Positions 1 to 8,600 of a stretch of 33,549 nucleotides of DNA are shown in pieces; the first letter of the stretch is position 1, and each line of letters opens with the position of its first letter. The translations under genes and the position numbers were made by a program. The notes below the pieces were generated by a model, which saw nothing but the letters and a program-made list of their open reading frames with translations, did no database searches and had not been told where the DNA came from. Source of the DNA: a virus (Duplodnaviria > Caudoviricetes); the IMG/VR virus record IMGVR_UViG_3300020192_000047, positions 1-33,549 of that record. One strand, 5' to 3'.

Positions 1-190
1 GCCGTCAACAACTCGAGCACCGGTGCCCTGTCATGCCGAGTCCAGCCACCAGGTATGCGCTCCGTACACATGCGCCGAATTGAGCCTGGCGGCCGTGAAT
101 TTTTTGACCCCCGGCATGTCCGTTTTTTCTCGAGCGAGCGCGGCGGCTTTGGCCATCCCCCCGCGTGCCTCTTTCCAAACCAGGAAAAAA

Positions 191-991
191 ATGCGAAATA
201 CGAGCATGCGCGGCAGACCCCCAAAGGGTGCTATCCCTGTTGACTGGTCCAACATCCGGATTCTTTGGGAAGCCGGCTCCTCGATTGGGGAAATATCGGC
301 GCGGCATCCTATTACCTCGCGCGCGATTCTTTATCGTGCGGAGAAGGGGGGATGGGATCGGGTGGCGCGGACGCAGGCGCTCGTGGAGAGGCATCAGGCA
401 CCCGGGAAGTTCTTCAAGGTCCCGGAGGGCACTCCTCCTCGGCGGCCGGAATCTGAGCGCACTTGGCAGGAAAAGAGCACCCCGCAGGCTTGGGTGGAGG
501 CGTTGGATAGGGTGACGCGGCCGGAGTGGGGAGACATGTTTCCGAAGGTGGAGCTGGCGAATGTGCTGAACAATCTGACGAAGTGCATGCCGCTGGGATT
601 GGCGTGCGATCTGGCGGGGATCACGGAGCGGGCGAGTCAGGCGTATCGGCAGCGGGAGCCGAGGCTGGACCAGATGTTCTTGCAGGCCAGGGCGATGGCG
701 GCCGAGTCGATGATCGACAAGATCAGCGCCGACAAGGATTGGAAGTCGGCGGCGTGGTTGCTCGAGCGCGGGATTGCGCGGGCGGAGTTCAAGCCGGACG
801 AGGTGACGGGCAAGGAGAAGCTGGTGATCGAGATCAATGTTTCACGCGACCAGGCGATTGCCTCGAGCGCCGGGGTGATCGATCTGACGCCGGACGCGGG
901 GGTGGAGTACGTCGGCGGAAAATGGATAGCTTCAGGCAGCGAAGCGGTCCTGCTTCCCAAGGCCGAGGATCTCCCCAAGGGTTTGACGTAA
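191..991 (+). CDS. terS: Terminase small subunit (HTH module plus second TerS-like module)
   Basis: Lies directly upstream of terL with a TAATG overlap at 989-993. N-terminal DWSNIRILWEAGSSIGEISARHPITSRAILYRAEKGGWDR is a TerS-type HTH; LACDLAGIT...DWKSAAWLLER is another TerS-like signature. Start moved from 23 to ATG 191 (AGGA upstream); ATG 206 is also possible. Confidence 0.7.
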   Translation: MRNTSMRGRPPKGAIPVDWSNIRILWEAGSSIGEISARHPITSRAILYRAEKGGWDRVARTQALVERHQAPGKFFKVPEGTPPRRPESERTWQEKSTPQAWVEALDRVTRPEWGDMFPKVELANVLNNLTKCMPLGLACDLAGITERASQAYRQREPRLDQMFLQARAMAAESMIDKISADKDWKSAAWLLERGIARAEFKPDEVTGKEKLVIEINVSRDQAIASSAGVIDLTPDAGVEYVGGKWIASGSEAVLLPKAEDLPKGLT

Positions 992-2478
992 TGGCGACGT
1001 GGAAGCTCGATTACACGCCGTCCGAGAAACAGCGGGTTTTCCATGCCGTCAAGACGAGGCAAATCCTCTATGGCGGGGCGGCCGGCGGTGGGAAATCGCA
1101 TGCGCTGCGCATGGACGGCATCCTCACTTGCCTGCAAAATCCGGGATGCCAGGGATATCTGTTCCGGCGAACCTACCCGGAGCTCAAGGACAACCACCTG
1201 ATCCCCATCCAGCAAATGCAGATCCCGCCCGAGGTCGCGGCCTGGCGGGAGACCGATCGCAAGCTTCTGTTCCACAACGGCAGCTTCATGCAGTTTTGCT
1301 TCGCCGAAGACCTCAACGACATCTTCAAATACCAGGGCAGCGAAATGCACTGGCTCGGGATCGACGAGGGCGCCCTGTTCCTCGAGGACCAGCTCAAATT
1401 CCTGCGCACACGAGTCCGCTTGGGTGGGTTCGCGCCGGCTCAGGCCGATGTTCTCCCGAGGATCGCGATCGGCAGCAATCCCGGAGGCCCCGGACATAAT
1501 TTCCTCCGGCGGGTGTTCATAGATCAGGCGCCCCCGATGCACGTCTTCCATGATCAGACCACCAAGACCAAGCTCAATCCCGGCTGGACAAGCGTCTATA
1601 TCCCGGCCCGCATGGACGACAACCCGCATTTGGACACCCAGTCCTATGAAGGCTCGTTCACGGCGCTGTCCCTCGAGCGCGCCAGGGCCCTGCGCGACGG
1701 AGATTGGGATGTGATCTCCGGCGCCGCGTTCTCGATGCTGGACAGGACCAAGCACATGCTCCGGCCGTTCCGGCCCCCGCGGCACTGGACCCACGTCATG
1801 GCGATGGATTGGGGAACCGCAAAGCCGTTCTCGGTCGGCTGGTATGCGGTGAGCGAGGGTGCGCTCCTCAAGGAGTCGGGGCGCTGGCCTGAGGTCTATC
1901 TCGCCCCCGGGGCCATCGTGCGGTTTGCGGAATGGTATGGCTGGAATGGGGAGGCCGACGCCGGCTGCCGCATGAGCGCCGCGCAAGTCGCCAAGGGCAT
2001 CCTGGACCTGGAAGCGGAAATGGAGTTGCCGCCGATCGATGTGCGGGTTTCAGATCCGCAAATGTGGGCAAGCCAGGACGGGCCCTCTCCCCAACAGAAT
2101 ATGCGCGTCGCCACGCAAGGGCGCATCGTGCTTCGCCAGGGACGTCGCGATCGCAAGGCGAATTATACCACGATGGTCTCGCGCCTGGTCGGCGAGCAGG
2201 ACCGCTCTGCTTGGCGTCCGGGCTTCTACGTGACCGAGAACTGCCGGCATTTCTGGCGCACGGTGCCGAGCCTGATCCTCGACGATGTCGAGCCCGACAA
2301 GGGCCCCGCGACTCGGCATCAGGAGGACCATTGTTACGACGAAGTTGCCTTTGCCCTGGGAACATGGAGTAAGGTGACGACACAGGCGGATCGTGAACTC
2401 GAGGAGGTTCTCGAAATGGGTAGGGAAATGACAGGAGGCCTGTCGAGCGATCCCTACTCGGTGAGACGCAGACGATAG
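991..2478 (+). CDS. terL: Terminase large subunit
   Basis: Walker A YGGAAGGGKS, Walker B LGIDE, SNPGGPGH coupling motif, RNase H-like nuclease residues (MDWG, VSDP, EDHCYD). The true start is ATG 991 (MATWKLDY), inside the 526..2478 ORF. Confidence 0.95.
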   Translation: MATWKLDYTPSEKQRVFHAVKTRQILYGGAAGGGKSHALRMDGILTCLQNPGCQGYLFRRTYPELKDNHLIPIQQMQIPPEVAAWRETDRKLLFHNGSFMQFCFAEDLNDIFKYQGSEMHWLGIDEGALFLEDQLKFLRTRVRLGGFAPAQADVLPRIAIGSNPGGPGHNFLRRVFIDQAPPMHVFHDQTTKTKLNPGWTSVYIPARMDDNPHLDTQSYEGSFTALSLERARALRDGDWDVISGAAFSMLDRTKHMLRPFRPPRHWTHVMAMDWGTAKPFSVGWYAVSEGALLKESGRWPEVYLAPGAIVRFAEWYGWNGEADAGCRMSAAQVAKGILDLEAEMELPPIDVRVSDPQMWASQDGPSPQQNMRVATQGRIVLRQGRRDRKANYTTMVSRLVGEQDRSAWRPGFYVTENCRHFWRTVPSLILDDVEPDKGPATRHQEDHCYDEVAFALGTWSKVTTQADRELEEVLEMGREMTGGLSSDPYSVRRRR

Positions 2479-2510
2479 GGGGGAATCAGCATGAATCACG
2501 CCAGGGAGCC

Positions 2511-3299
2511 ATGACCCTGATCTTCTGGTATCCGGATAGCGCGCCCCATGACCTTGGGGAGAATCTCGCGCGTGCGTTCGGCGACGCCAAGCCGCTCTCA
2601 GAACTCGCCAAGGGGGCTTTGGGTGATGTCAATCTCTGCTACGGCATCCTGCGCGGCGGGGAGGAGTTGCATCGCCTGTGCCGGCTCATGAACAAGGATT
2701 TCATCCACGTCGATCACGGGTTTTGGGGGCGCACAGGCAACCTCAACTCCGTCAAGGAGGGGTATTTTCGGTTTTCGCTGAACTCGCAGGTCCAGCGGCA
2801 AGTCCGCGCCCCGACTCCGAAGGACTTCGTTCGCGCCGAACTCCTGGTGGCGAGAGGGTTGTTCAATTTGCAAGCCAGGCGGGGATGGCGAGAAACAGAC
2901 ACCATACTTTACCAGCCTCCCAGTTCCTACATGGCGGCCTATTACGGCTTGCCGGGGGATTTCGACGCCAAGCAGATCGCGAAGCTCAATGCGGACTTTC
3001 CCAATGCCCCCGTCCGCCAAATCCTGAAGGGCGAGAGAGGCGTCGGCTCCGAGGTCGGGATGTTCGTCAGCTTCAACTCGGCCGCCGGGCTTCATGCCCT
3101 GGAGCTCGGGCTCGAGGTGCGCAATACCTGGGTGGATTCCCTGTGGTCCAACGGGATGGCGGCTCTCCCCGATGAAGATTGGAAACACTCCCGCTCAGTC
3201 CTATTCTGCTATCTCGCCGGCAGAACATTCGATTTCATCGAACTGCGCACCGGCCTGGCCTATGAGCACATGCTCGACAATCAAACCATCCCGAGGTGA
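2511..3299 (+). CDS. Putative GT-B glycosyltransferase (KpsS/KpsC capsule-synthesis-like)
   Basis: GGGAG RBS. FVSFNSAAGLHALELGLEV resembles the VTxNSxxGxEAxxxGxxV motif of KpsS-like proteins; HVDHGFW and YFRFSLN motifs also present. Confidence 0.55.
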   Translation: MTLIFWYPDSAPHDLGENLARAFGDAKPLSELAKGALGDVNLCYGILRGGEELHRLCRLMNKDFIHVDHGFWGRTGNLNSVKEGYFRFSLNSQVQRQVRAPTPKDFVRAELLVARGLFNLQARRGWRETDTILYQPPSSYMAAYYGLPGDFDAKQIAKLNADFPNAPVRQILKGERGVGSEVGMFVSFNSAAGLHALELGLEVRNTWVDSLWSNGMAALPDEDWKHSRSVLFCYLAGRTFDFIELRTGLAYEHMLDNQTIPR

Positions 3300-3302
3300 A
3301 AA

Positions 3303-3407
3303 ATGGACAAGATCAGAGGCCTGCTCTCCCGCATCCCCACGCTCGCCTATGTCGCCATCGTAGGCGTCTTCCTCGGCATGGTGGTCATTCGATTACTTGT
3401 CCGCTGA
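3303..3407 (+). CDS. 34-aa single-pass membrane peptide
   Basis: GAGGTG RBS then MDKIRGLLSRIPTLAYVAIVGVFLGMVVIRLLVR*. One hydrophobic helix; fills the intergenic gap. Not in the ORF track (too short). Confidence 0.6.
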   Translation: MDKIRGLLSRIPTLAYVAIVGVFLGMVVIRLLVR

Positions 3408-3453
3408 ATGAAACGCATGGTCAAAATCATAACCAAGAAAATAAGTAGGTCTC

Positions 3454-3792
3454 ATGATCAAGGCGAAATCGGCTAAGGCCAAGGGCCGCAAGCTCGAGCA
3501 ATGGGTCACGGCCGAATTGCAAAACATCGGTCTCGCCGCTCGCCGCCAGCCGGGCTCAGGCGCGTTCGAGGCCTTCCCTCATGATGTCAGCATGACCCTG
3601 CCGGATGGTTCACACGCCATCGTCGAATGCAAACAGAGGAAAAAGGACGCATGGGCTACAGGCGAGCGCTGGCTCGGACGCGCCGACATGCTGGTCGTGA
3701 GGGTCGACCCACCGCCGGGAAAGCCTATAATCGAGCCGCGCGTGTACATGCGCTTCGGCGTTCTCAAGCGACTCATTGGCCAGAAAGGATAA
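3454..3792 (+). CDS. Holliday junction resolvase, Hjc-like PD-(D/E)xK nuclease
   Basis: KAKGRKLEQWV...RRQPGSGA...HDV...IVECK matches the Hjc-type motif set. Confidence 0.8.
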   Translation: MIKAKSAKAKGRKLEQWVTAELQNIGLAARRQPGSGAFEAFPHDVSMTLPDGSHAIVECKQRKKDAWATGERWLGRADMLVVRVDPPPGKPIIEPRVYMRFGVLKRLIGQKG

Positions 3793-3796
3793 TCCC

Positions 3797-4177
3797 GTGG
3801 ACATTTTCGACCCGCTCGTCAACGATCCAACCCCCGGCTTGCGCATCCACAACCCGGGCAACGTCAAGCACCCCAAGAAGGGCATCCTGCGCGGCGGCTC
3901 CTCAAGGCAGCCCCACCGCAACCTGCACTGCTTCACGGACTCGGTGTACGGCATCCGCGCGCTGGCTAACCGAGAGATCCAAGGCGCGGTCCCTGGCGTC
4001 ACCACGCTCGGCGACCTGTTCCCCACCCCTGTGATCAACCTCGCCGGCCTCGATCGCACGACGGTCTTCGTCCGGGAAACCCATCTTGAGAAACTGGTTG
4101 CGGCCTCCATCGAGCGCCGCTGCGGATGGCAGCCCTATACCCAGGAGACCATCGCCACCGGCTGTCGAATGGCCTGA
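3797..4177 (+). CDS. Degenerate lysozyme-like virion protein (RNNNPGNI family, PM2 P5-like)
   Basis: PGLRIHNPGNV...FTDSVYGIRAL...TTLGDL...GWQPYTQETIATG. AAGGA RBS before GTG 3797. Several family motifs appear to be missing. Confidence 0.55.
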   Translation: MDIFDPLVNDPTPGLRIHNPGNVKHPKKGILRGGSSRQPHRNLHCFTDSVYGIRALANREIQGAVPGVTTLGDLFPTPVINLAGLDRTTVFVRETHLEKLVAASIERRCGWQPYTQETIATGCRMA

Positions 4178-4206
4178 TCACAATTCTGCATCCGGTGAGG
4201 TGTTTC

Positions 4207-4914
4207 ATGAAAATATCGATCGCAGTGCCTCAGAGTGCGATATCGAACATCAAGACAAAGGCAATGCGCATCGCGGTGGTGATACCGTCCCGGGGACGCC
4301 CCAATCAGCTTGGCCGCGCCATCGACAGCATCGGTGACGCGGCCCAGGTTTATGTCGGACTCGAGAGAGGAGATCCCCAGCCCCATCCCGTGGCGCCCGT
4401 CCTGCTGTTCCCCGACGACACCCCCACAACGTTCAAGTGGAACGCGCTGGCGGACTACGCGGTCTCGCACGGCGCCGACATCGTGATCCTCGGCGCCGAT
4501 GACATCCTGTTCGAGACGCGAGGCTGGGACGAAATGCTGCGTGAGCGCTTCGTGCGCTTTTCGGATCGCATCCTGGCGGTCGGATTCAACGACGGACGCT
4601 CGCACGGCGCGGTGCCGCATTATGCGGTGAGCAAGGAATGGATCGCGGCCCTGGGCTATTTCTGCCCGCCGATCTTCCATCACTGGTGCGTCGACACATG
4701 GACCGAGTCGGTAGGTCATCGCATCGGCCGCTTCCAGTACGCCCACGACATCATGGTGCGCCACGATACCGTCAAGCTCACCGGTGTGATCGACGAGACG
4801 CACGCGCGCATCCGTCGCGGTGTCTGGCACGAGCGGGACAAGTCGCTGTTTGGGATGTCCGAACACTATCGCGAGGCCGACGCTGCGATCCTGCGCCGGT
4901 TGACCCGAGCATGA
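4207..4914 (+). CDS. Glycosyltransferase family 2 (GT-A fold)
   Basis: VVIPSRGRP first strand, KWNALA, GADD (DxD-like), FHHWCVDTW, VRH. Start is ATG 4207 (GAGGTG RBS) or ATG 4264. Confidence 0.8.
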   Translation: MKISIAVPQSAISNIKTKAMRIAVVIPSRGRPNQLGRAIDSIGDAAQVYVGLERGDPQPHPVAPVLLFPDDTPTTFKWNALADYAVSHGADIVILGADDILFETRGWDEMLRERFVRFSDRILAVGFNDGRSHGAVPHYAVSKEWIAALGYFCPPIFHHWCVDTWTESVGHRIGRFQYAHDIMVRHDTVKLTGVIDETHARIRRGVWHERDKSLFGMSEHYREADAAILRRLTRA

Positions 4915-5912
4915 GAGTTCTCATCACCGGCATCGCCGGCTTCCTCGGCAGCCACCTCGCCGACGCCCTGATCGCGGCAGGGCACACGGTCTCCGGCATC
5001 GACGATCTGAGCGGCGGGGCCATGCGCAACGTGCCGGGGAAAGCGGGCATGACAAAGGCCGATTGTTGCAATCATGATCTGATGCACAGCGTGTTTGACA
5101 TCATGCGTCCCGAGATCGTTTACCACCTCGCCTGCCATCCCCACGAGGGCCTCAGCGTGTTCTCGCCGGCCTTGGTCGCCGGCAGCGTCTTCCAGGGCAG
5201 CGTCGCCGTGTTTTCCGCAGCCGCCCAGCACAAGGTCAAGCGCGTGATCTTCGCAAGCTCCATGGCGCGCTATGGGGAGCAGTGGGGAGCGCCTTATGAC
5301 GAAGACATGACCCCGGCTCCGCTTGACCCCTATGGCGTCGCGAAGCTTGCCGCCGAGGACACTCTGCGGATTCTCGCACGCGCGCACAGCTTCGAGCACG
5401 TCATCGCCGTGCCGCACAACATCATCGGCGTGCGCCAGAAATACACGGACCCCTACCGTAACGTCGCGAGCATCATGCTCAATCGCATCCTCTCCGGGAA
5501 AGAGGTGATCATCTACGGCGACGGCAATCAGGTCAGGCGGTTCTCCCCTATCGAGGATTGCATCGGCTCATTGGTCAGGATGCTCGACTGGAACGTCGAC
5601 GGGGAGATCATCAATATCGGCCCCGATGGCGACGGCATCGCGATCAACGAGCTCGCGCGGCTGTGTCACGCGGCGGCGCATCTTGCATGGCGCAAGCCGA
5701 CCTATTATCCGGCGAGACCACTCGAAATGAAGATCGCGACTTGCAGCTCGAACAAGGCGCGCCTGATGCTGAGCTTCTCCCCAAAAGGCAATCTCGAGAA
5801 ATGCCTGAGAGACATGGCGAACAGCATCATCGCGTCGCCGTTCGACTATTCGCTTCCCCTCGAAATCATCAACGACAAAACCCCGGAGACGTGGCGTGAA
5901 CGAAAGATTTGA
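4911..5912 (+). CDS. NAD-dependent NDP-sugar epimerase/dehydratase (extended SDR, GalE-like)
   Basis: MRVLITGIAGFLGSHL (GxxGxxG), ASSMARYG, YGVAK (YxxxK), HNIIG, IYGDGNQVRRF. ATGA overlap with the upstream gene. Confidence 0.93.
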   Translation: MRVLITGIAGFLGSHLADALIAAGHTVSGIDDLSGGAMRNVPGKAGMTKADCCNHDLMHSVFDIMRPEIVYHLACHPHEGLSVFSPALVAGSVFQGSVAVFSAAAQHKVKRVIFASSMARYGEQWGAPYDEDMTPAPLDPYGVAKLAAEDTLRILARAHSFEHVIAVPHNIIGVRQKYTDPYRNVASIMLNRILSGKEVIIYGDGNQVRRFSPIEDCIGSLVRMLDWNVDGEIINIGPDGDGIAINELARLCHAAAHLAWRKPTYYPARPLEMKIATCSSNKARLMLSFSPKGNLEKCLRDMANSIIASPFDYSLPLEIINDKTPETWRERKI

Positions 5913-6483
5913 ACAGCTTTGGGAAGCCTCCTGCAAGAGACTGCCGACCGTCGTGCAGGAGAAACGCGAATTGTTCGCGCTGTTCTCTCTCATGAGAGAA
6001 ATCGGCTGCGAGAGCTATCTCGAGATCGGCACGTCCAACGGCGGCAGCCTGTGGGTCCTGGCCGCCGCGGTCGACGGCACGCTCACCGTCGTCGATATCT
6101 GCGAGGCCAAGAGCAAGGCGCTGTTCGATGAAGCGGTGGCCCACACCCAGGCCCATGCGATCTGCGGCGACAGCACCGATCCCGCGACCGTGGAGAGGGC
6201 GCGCGGCGAATACGATGTCGTCATGATCGATGGCGGGCACAGCTACGAAGTTGTCTCGGCCGACATGAAGAACTACGGCCCCATGGCCAGGAAGATGATC
6301 GTGTTGCACGACATCAACCATCGCGATGTCCAGAAGCTTTGGGGAGAGATCGCGGCGTCGATCCCATTGCGCTGCCTGATGATCAGCACCCCGCAATCCA
6401 CCATGGGGTTCGGCGTGATCTTCAAGGAACCATCGGGCTGGCTCGCCAATGGCGAGCACAAGCAAACCCTGGTGACGCGGTGA
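5896..6483 (+). CDS. Class I SAM-dependent methyltransferase (Methyltransf_24-like, sugar O-methyltransferase type)
   Basis: YLEIGTSNGGS motif I, GDST, IDGGHSYEVVSAD, VLHDI. Confidence 0.88.
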   Translation: MNERFEQLWEASCKRLPTVVQEKRELFALFSLMREIGCESYLEIGTSNGGSLWVLAAAVDGTLTVVDICEAKSKALFDEAVAHTQAHAICGDSTDPATVERARGEYDVVMIDGGHSYEVVSADMKNYGPMARKMIVLHDINHRDVQKLWGEIAASIPLRCLMISTPQSTMGFGVIFKEPSGWLANGEHKQTLVTR

Positions 6484-7157
6484 CCCAGCACACACTGGCC
6501 TGCATGGCCGCCACGGCCCTGCTACGCAAACAGCCGGCAGAGAGCATGTGGGACATCGGCAACCAGCGTTTCACCGCCACCGGCTGGCGGGCCATCAAGA
6601 GCACCGGCGACTTCTATCGCTCCTTCGGCTGCAACTATCGGGCGATAGATGTTAACTCGAACATGGAGGCCGACATCGCGGACCTCAATCATCCGCTCGA
6701 GGGTCCAAGATTCCCCCCGCGCGATCTGGTGGTCAACAACGGCACCAGCGAACACATCTTCAACCAGGCGCAGTTGTTCAGGACCATCCACGAGCTCTCG
6801 AAAAACTGCATGCTGCACATCCTGCCCTTCACGCCGTGGATCAATCATGGCTTCTTCAACTACAACCCGATCCTGTTCCGCGATCTCGCGGCGGCGAATC
6901 ACTACGCGTTCGAGTTCTTCTGGATCGGTGGCCGCGATGGTCGCTACGTGGAGATAGCGCCCGGCTCCCTCCACGCGTTTGATGGCAAGCAGGCCGCGTC
7001 GCTATTGAAGGAGGTACGCAATCAGATCGGCGAACAGGAGGCGTTCCTGGTCGTTGCGCTGCGCAAGACCGAGGACACGCCGTTTCGCGCGCCCATTCAG
7101 GGGCGCTATCTGGCGGACATCGAGTCCACGGGGATGCGCATCGCCTATGAAACTTGA
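6480..7157 (+). CDS. Class I SAM-dependent methyltransferase-like protein
   Basis: DIGNQ, YRAIDV, ADLNHP, DLVVNNGTSEHIFNQ, HGFFNYNP. GTGA overlap places the start at 6480. Confidence 0.75.
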   Translation: MTQHTLACMAATALLRKQPAESMWDIGNQRFTATGWRAIKSTGDFYRSFGCNYRAIDVNSNMEADIADLNHPLEGPRFPPRDLVVNNGTSEHIFNQAQLFRTIHELSKNCMLHILPFTPWINHGFFNYNPILFRDLAAANHYAFEFFWIGGRDGRYVEIAPGSLHAFDGKQAASLLKEVRNQIGEQEAFLVVALRKTEDTPFRAPIQGRYLADIESTGMRIAYET

Positions 7158-7863
7158 AATCGTCGCCCTATCCACCTCGCCGTTTCCGTTCGCGATCCTG
7201 CGCCACGAGATCGGCATCCCGCGCCCTGATTGGCGCGACATCGCCGGCGACGAGACCCGTCCCAATGTGCGCGTGGACATGAGCGTCAACACCATCCTCA
7301 CGACCTTCCGCGCCCCGGCATGGAAGGTCTTGGCCGCGGCCTGCACCTCGCAGAGTTACTGGTCCGATTTCTATCTCCGAAGCTTCCGTGACGCGATCCT
7401 CGCCAGCTATCCCGACATCGAGAGCCGAGTGGGGAAGCCCATCGACGAGTGGACCGCCGGCCGGCGCTACATGAGCAGCGGGGCCGACGTGCTTCTCGAT
7501 TTCCAAATCGGCATCAATACTCCGGCAACCATGCCTGGGAAGGTCAGCATCCCCCATATCGACAACCCGCGCGAGCTGATCGCCATGCTGCTCTACCAGA
7601 AGGACCCGGGCGACGAGCAGGGCGGTGATCTGCGGATTCTGTCCGCCGAGAACCCGAAATTCGTACGGACCACCGATCTCGCGCCGGACATTCCCTATCG
7701 CCATATCCTCACCGTGCCCTATGGCGTCGACACCGGCATCGCGTTCCTGCAAACCCCGCATTCCCTGCACGACGTCACGCCGCGCCTGCCCGGCCCCTTC
7801 CCGCGGCTGCTTATCAACCTGATCGTCGAAATGAAATTCCCCCTGTTCGAGGTCCCAAGATGA
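7147..7863 (+). CDS. 2OG-Fe(II) oxygenase superfamily protein
   Basis: PHID (HxD), LLY...GGDL, SLHDV (distal His), PRLLIN (2OG-binding Arg). Start at ATG 7147 (MKLEIV). Confidence 0.85.
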   Translation: MKLEIVALSTSPFPFAILRHEIGIPRPDWRDIAGDETRPNVRVDMSVNTILTTFRAPAWKVLAAACTSQSYWSDFYLRSFRDAILASYPDIESRVGKPIDEWTAGRRYMSSGADVLLDFQIGINTPATMPGKVSIPHIDNPRELIAMLLYQKDPGDEQGGDLRILSAENPKFVRTTDLAPDIPYRHILTVPYGVDTGIAFLQTPHSLHDVTPRLPGPFPRLLINLIVEMKFPLFEVPR

Positions 7864-8600
7864 GCGACGTCATGGAAATCTTCATCGGCTACGACGAGCG
7901 CGAGCGCGACGCCTACGATGTCTGTGCGTTCTCCTTGCAGCGCAAATCCTCGATCCCGCTTCACATCCAACCCCTAAAGCACAAGGATCTGCGTGCGCGA
8001 GGATTGTTCGATCGACCTTGGATCATCGACACCGTGAACGGCAGGTTCCGCGATCTGCGCGACGGCCGCCCCTTCGCCACCGAGTTCGCGTTCACCCGGT
8101 TCCTCGTCCCGCTGTTGATGAACTTCAAAGGCTGGGCGGTGTTCATGGATTGCGACATCCTGGCGCTCGCCGACATCGGGCAAATGAAACTCGAGTTCAA
8201 CCCCGCCAGGGCGGTCATGGTCGTGAAGCAGAACCATATCCCGCAGAACGAAACCAAGATGGACGATCAGCCGCAGATCGCGTATCCGCGCAAGAACTGG
8301 TCATCGGTCATCGCGTTCAACTGCGGCCACGCCTCGAACAGGGCGTTGACGGCAAATCTGATCAACCATTCCCCGGGGCGCGACCTGCATCAATTCTCGT
8401 GGCTCGATGACAACGAGATCGGTGAATTGTCGCCGGGCTGGAACTTCCTCGTTGGGCACACAAAGCACGCCATCAAGCCGAAGCTCATGCACTATACGGA
8501 CGGCGGGCCGTGGTTTGAGCACATGAAGAACGTCCCGTTTTCGGGGCTGTGGAACAACGAATACGATCACATGATGAAGGTCAGAGGCGCCTATGAATGA
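7860..8600 (+). CDS. GT8-like glycosyltransferase (plant CDI-like / phage family)
   Basis: IFIGYDERE, TEFAFTRFLVP, FMDCD (DxD), YPRKNWSS, WNFLVG, HYTDGGPW. Confidence 0.9.
   Translation: MSDVMEIFIGYDERERDAYDVCAFSLQRKSSIPLHIQPLKHKDLRARGLFDRPWIIDTVNGRFRDLRDGRPFATEFAFTRFLVPLLMNFKGWAVFMDCDILALADIGQMKLEFNPARAVMVVKQNHIPQNETKMDDQPQIAYPRKNWSSVIAFNCGHASNRALTANLINHSPGRDLHQFSWLDDNEIGELSPGWNFLVGHTKHAIKPKLMHYTDGGPWFEHMKNVPFSGLWNNEYDHMMKVRGAYE

Noticed and set aside
526-990. N-terminal extension of the 650-aa terL ORF
   Set aside because: Overlaps terS in another frame and is Gly/Arg-rich noise; the TAATG coupling at 989-993 marks the real start.
5896-7157. Methyltransferases as DNA methylases
   Set aside because: No DPPY/NPPY or PC catalytic motifs; the motifs match small-molecule/sugar methyltransferases.
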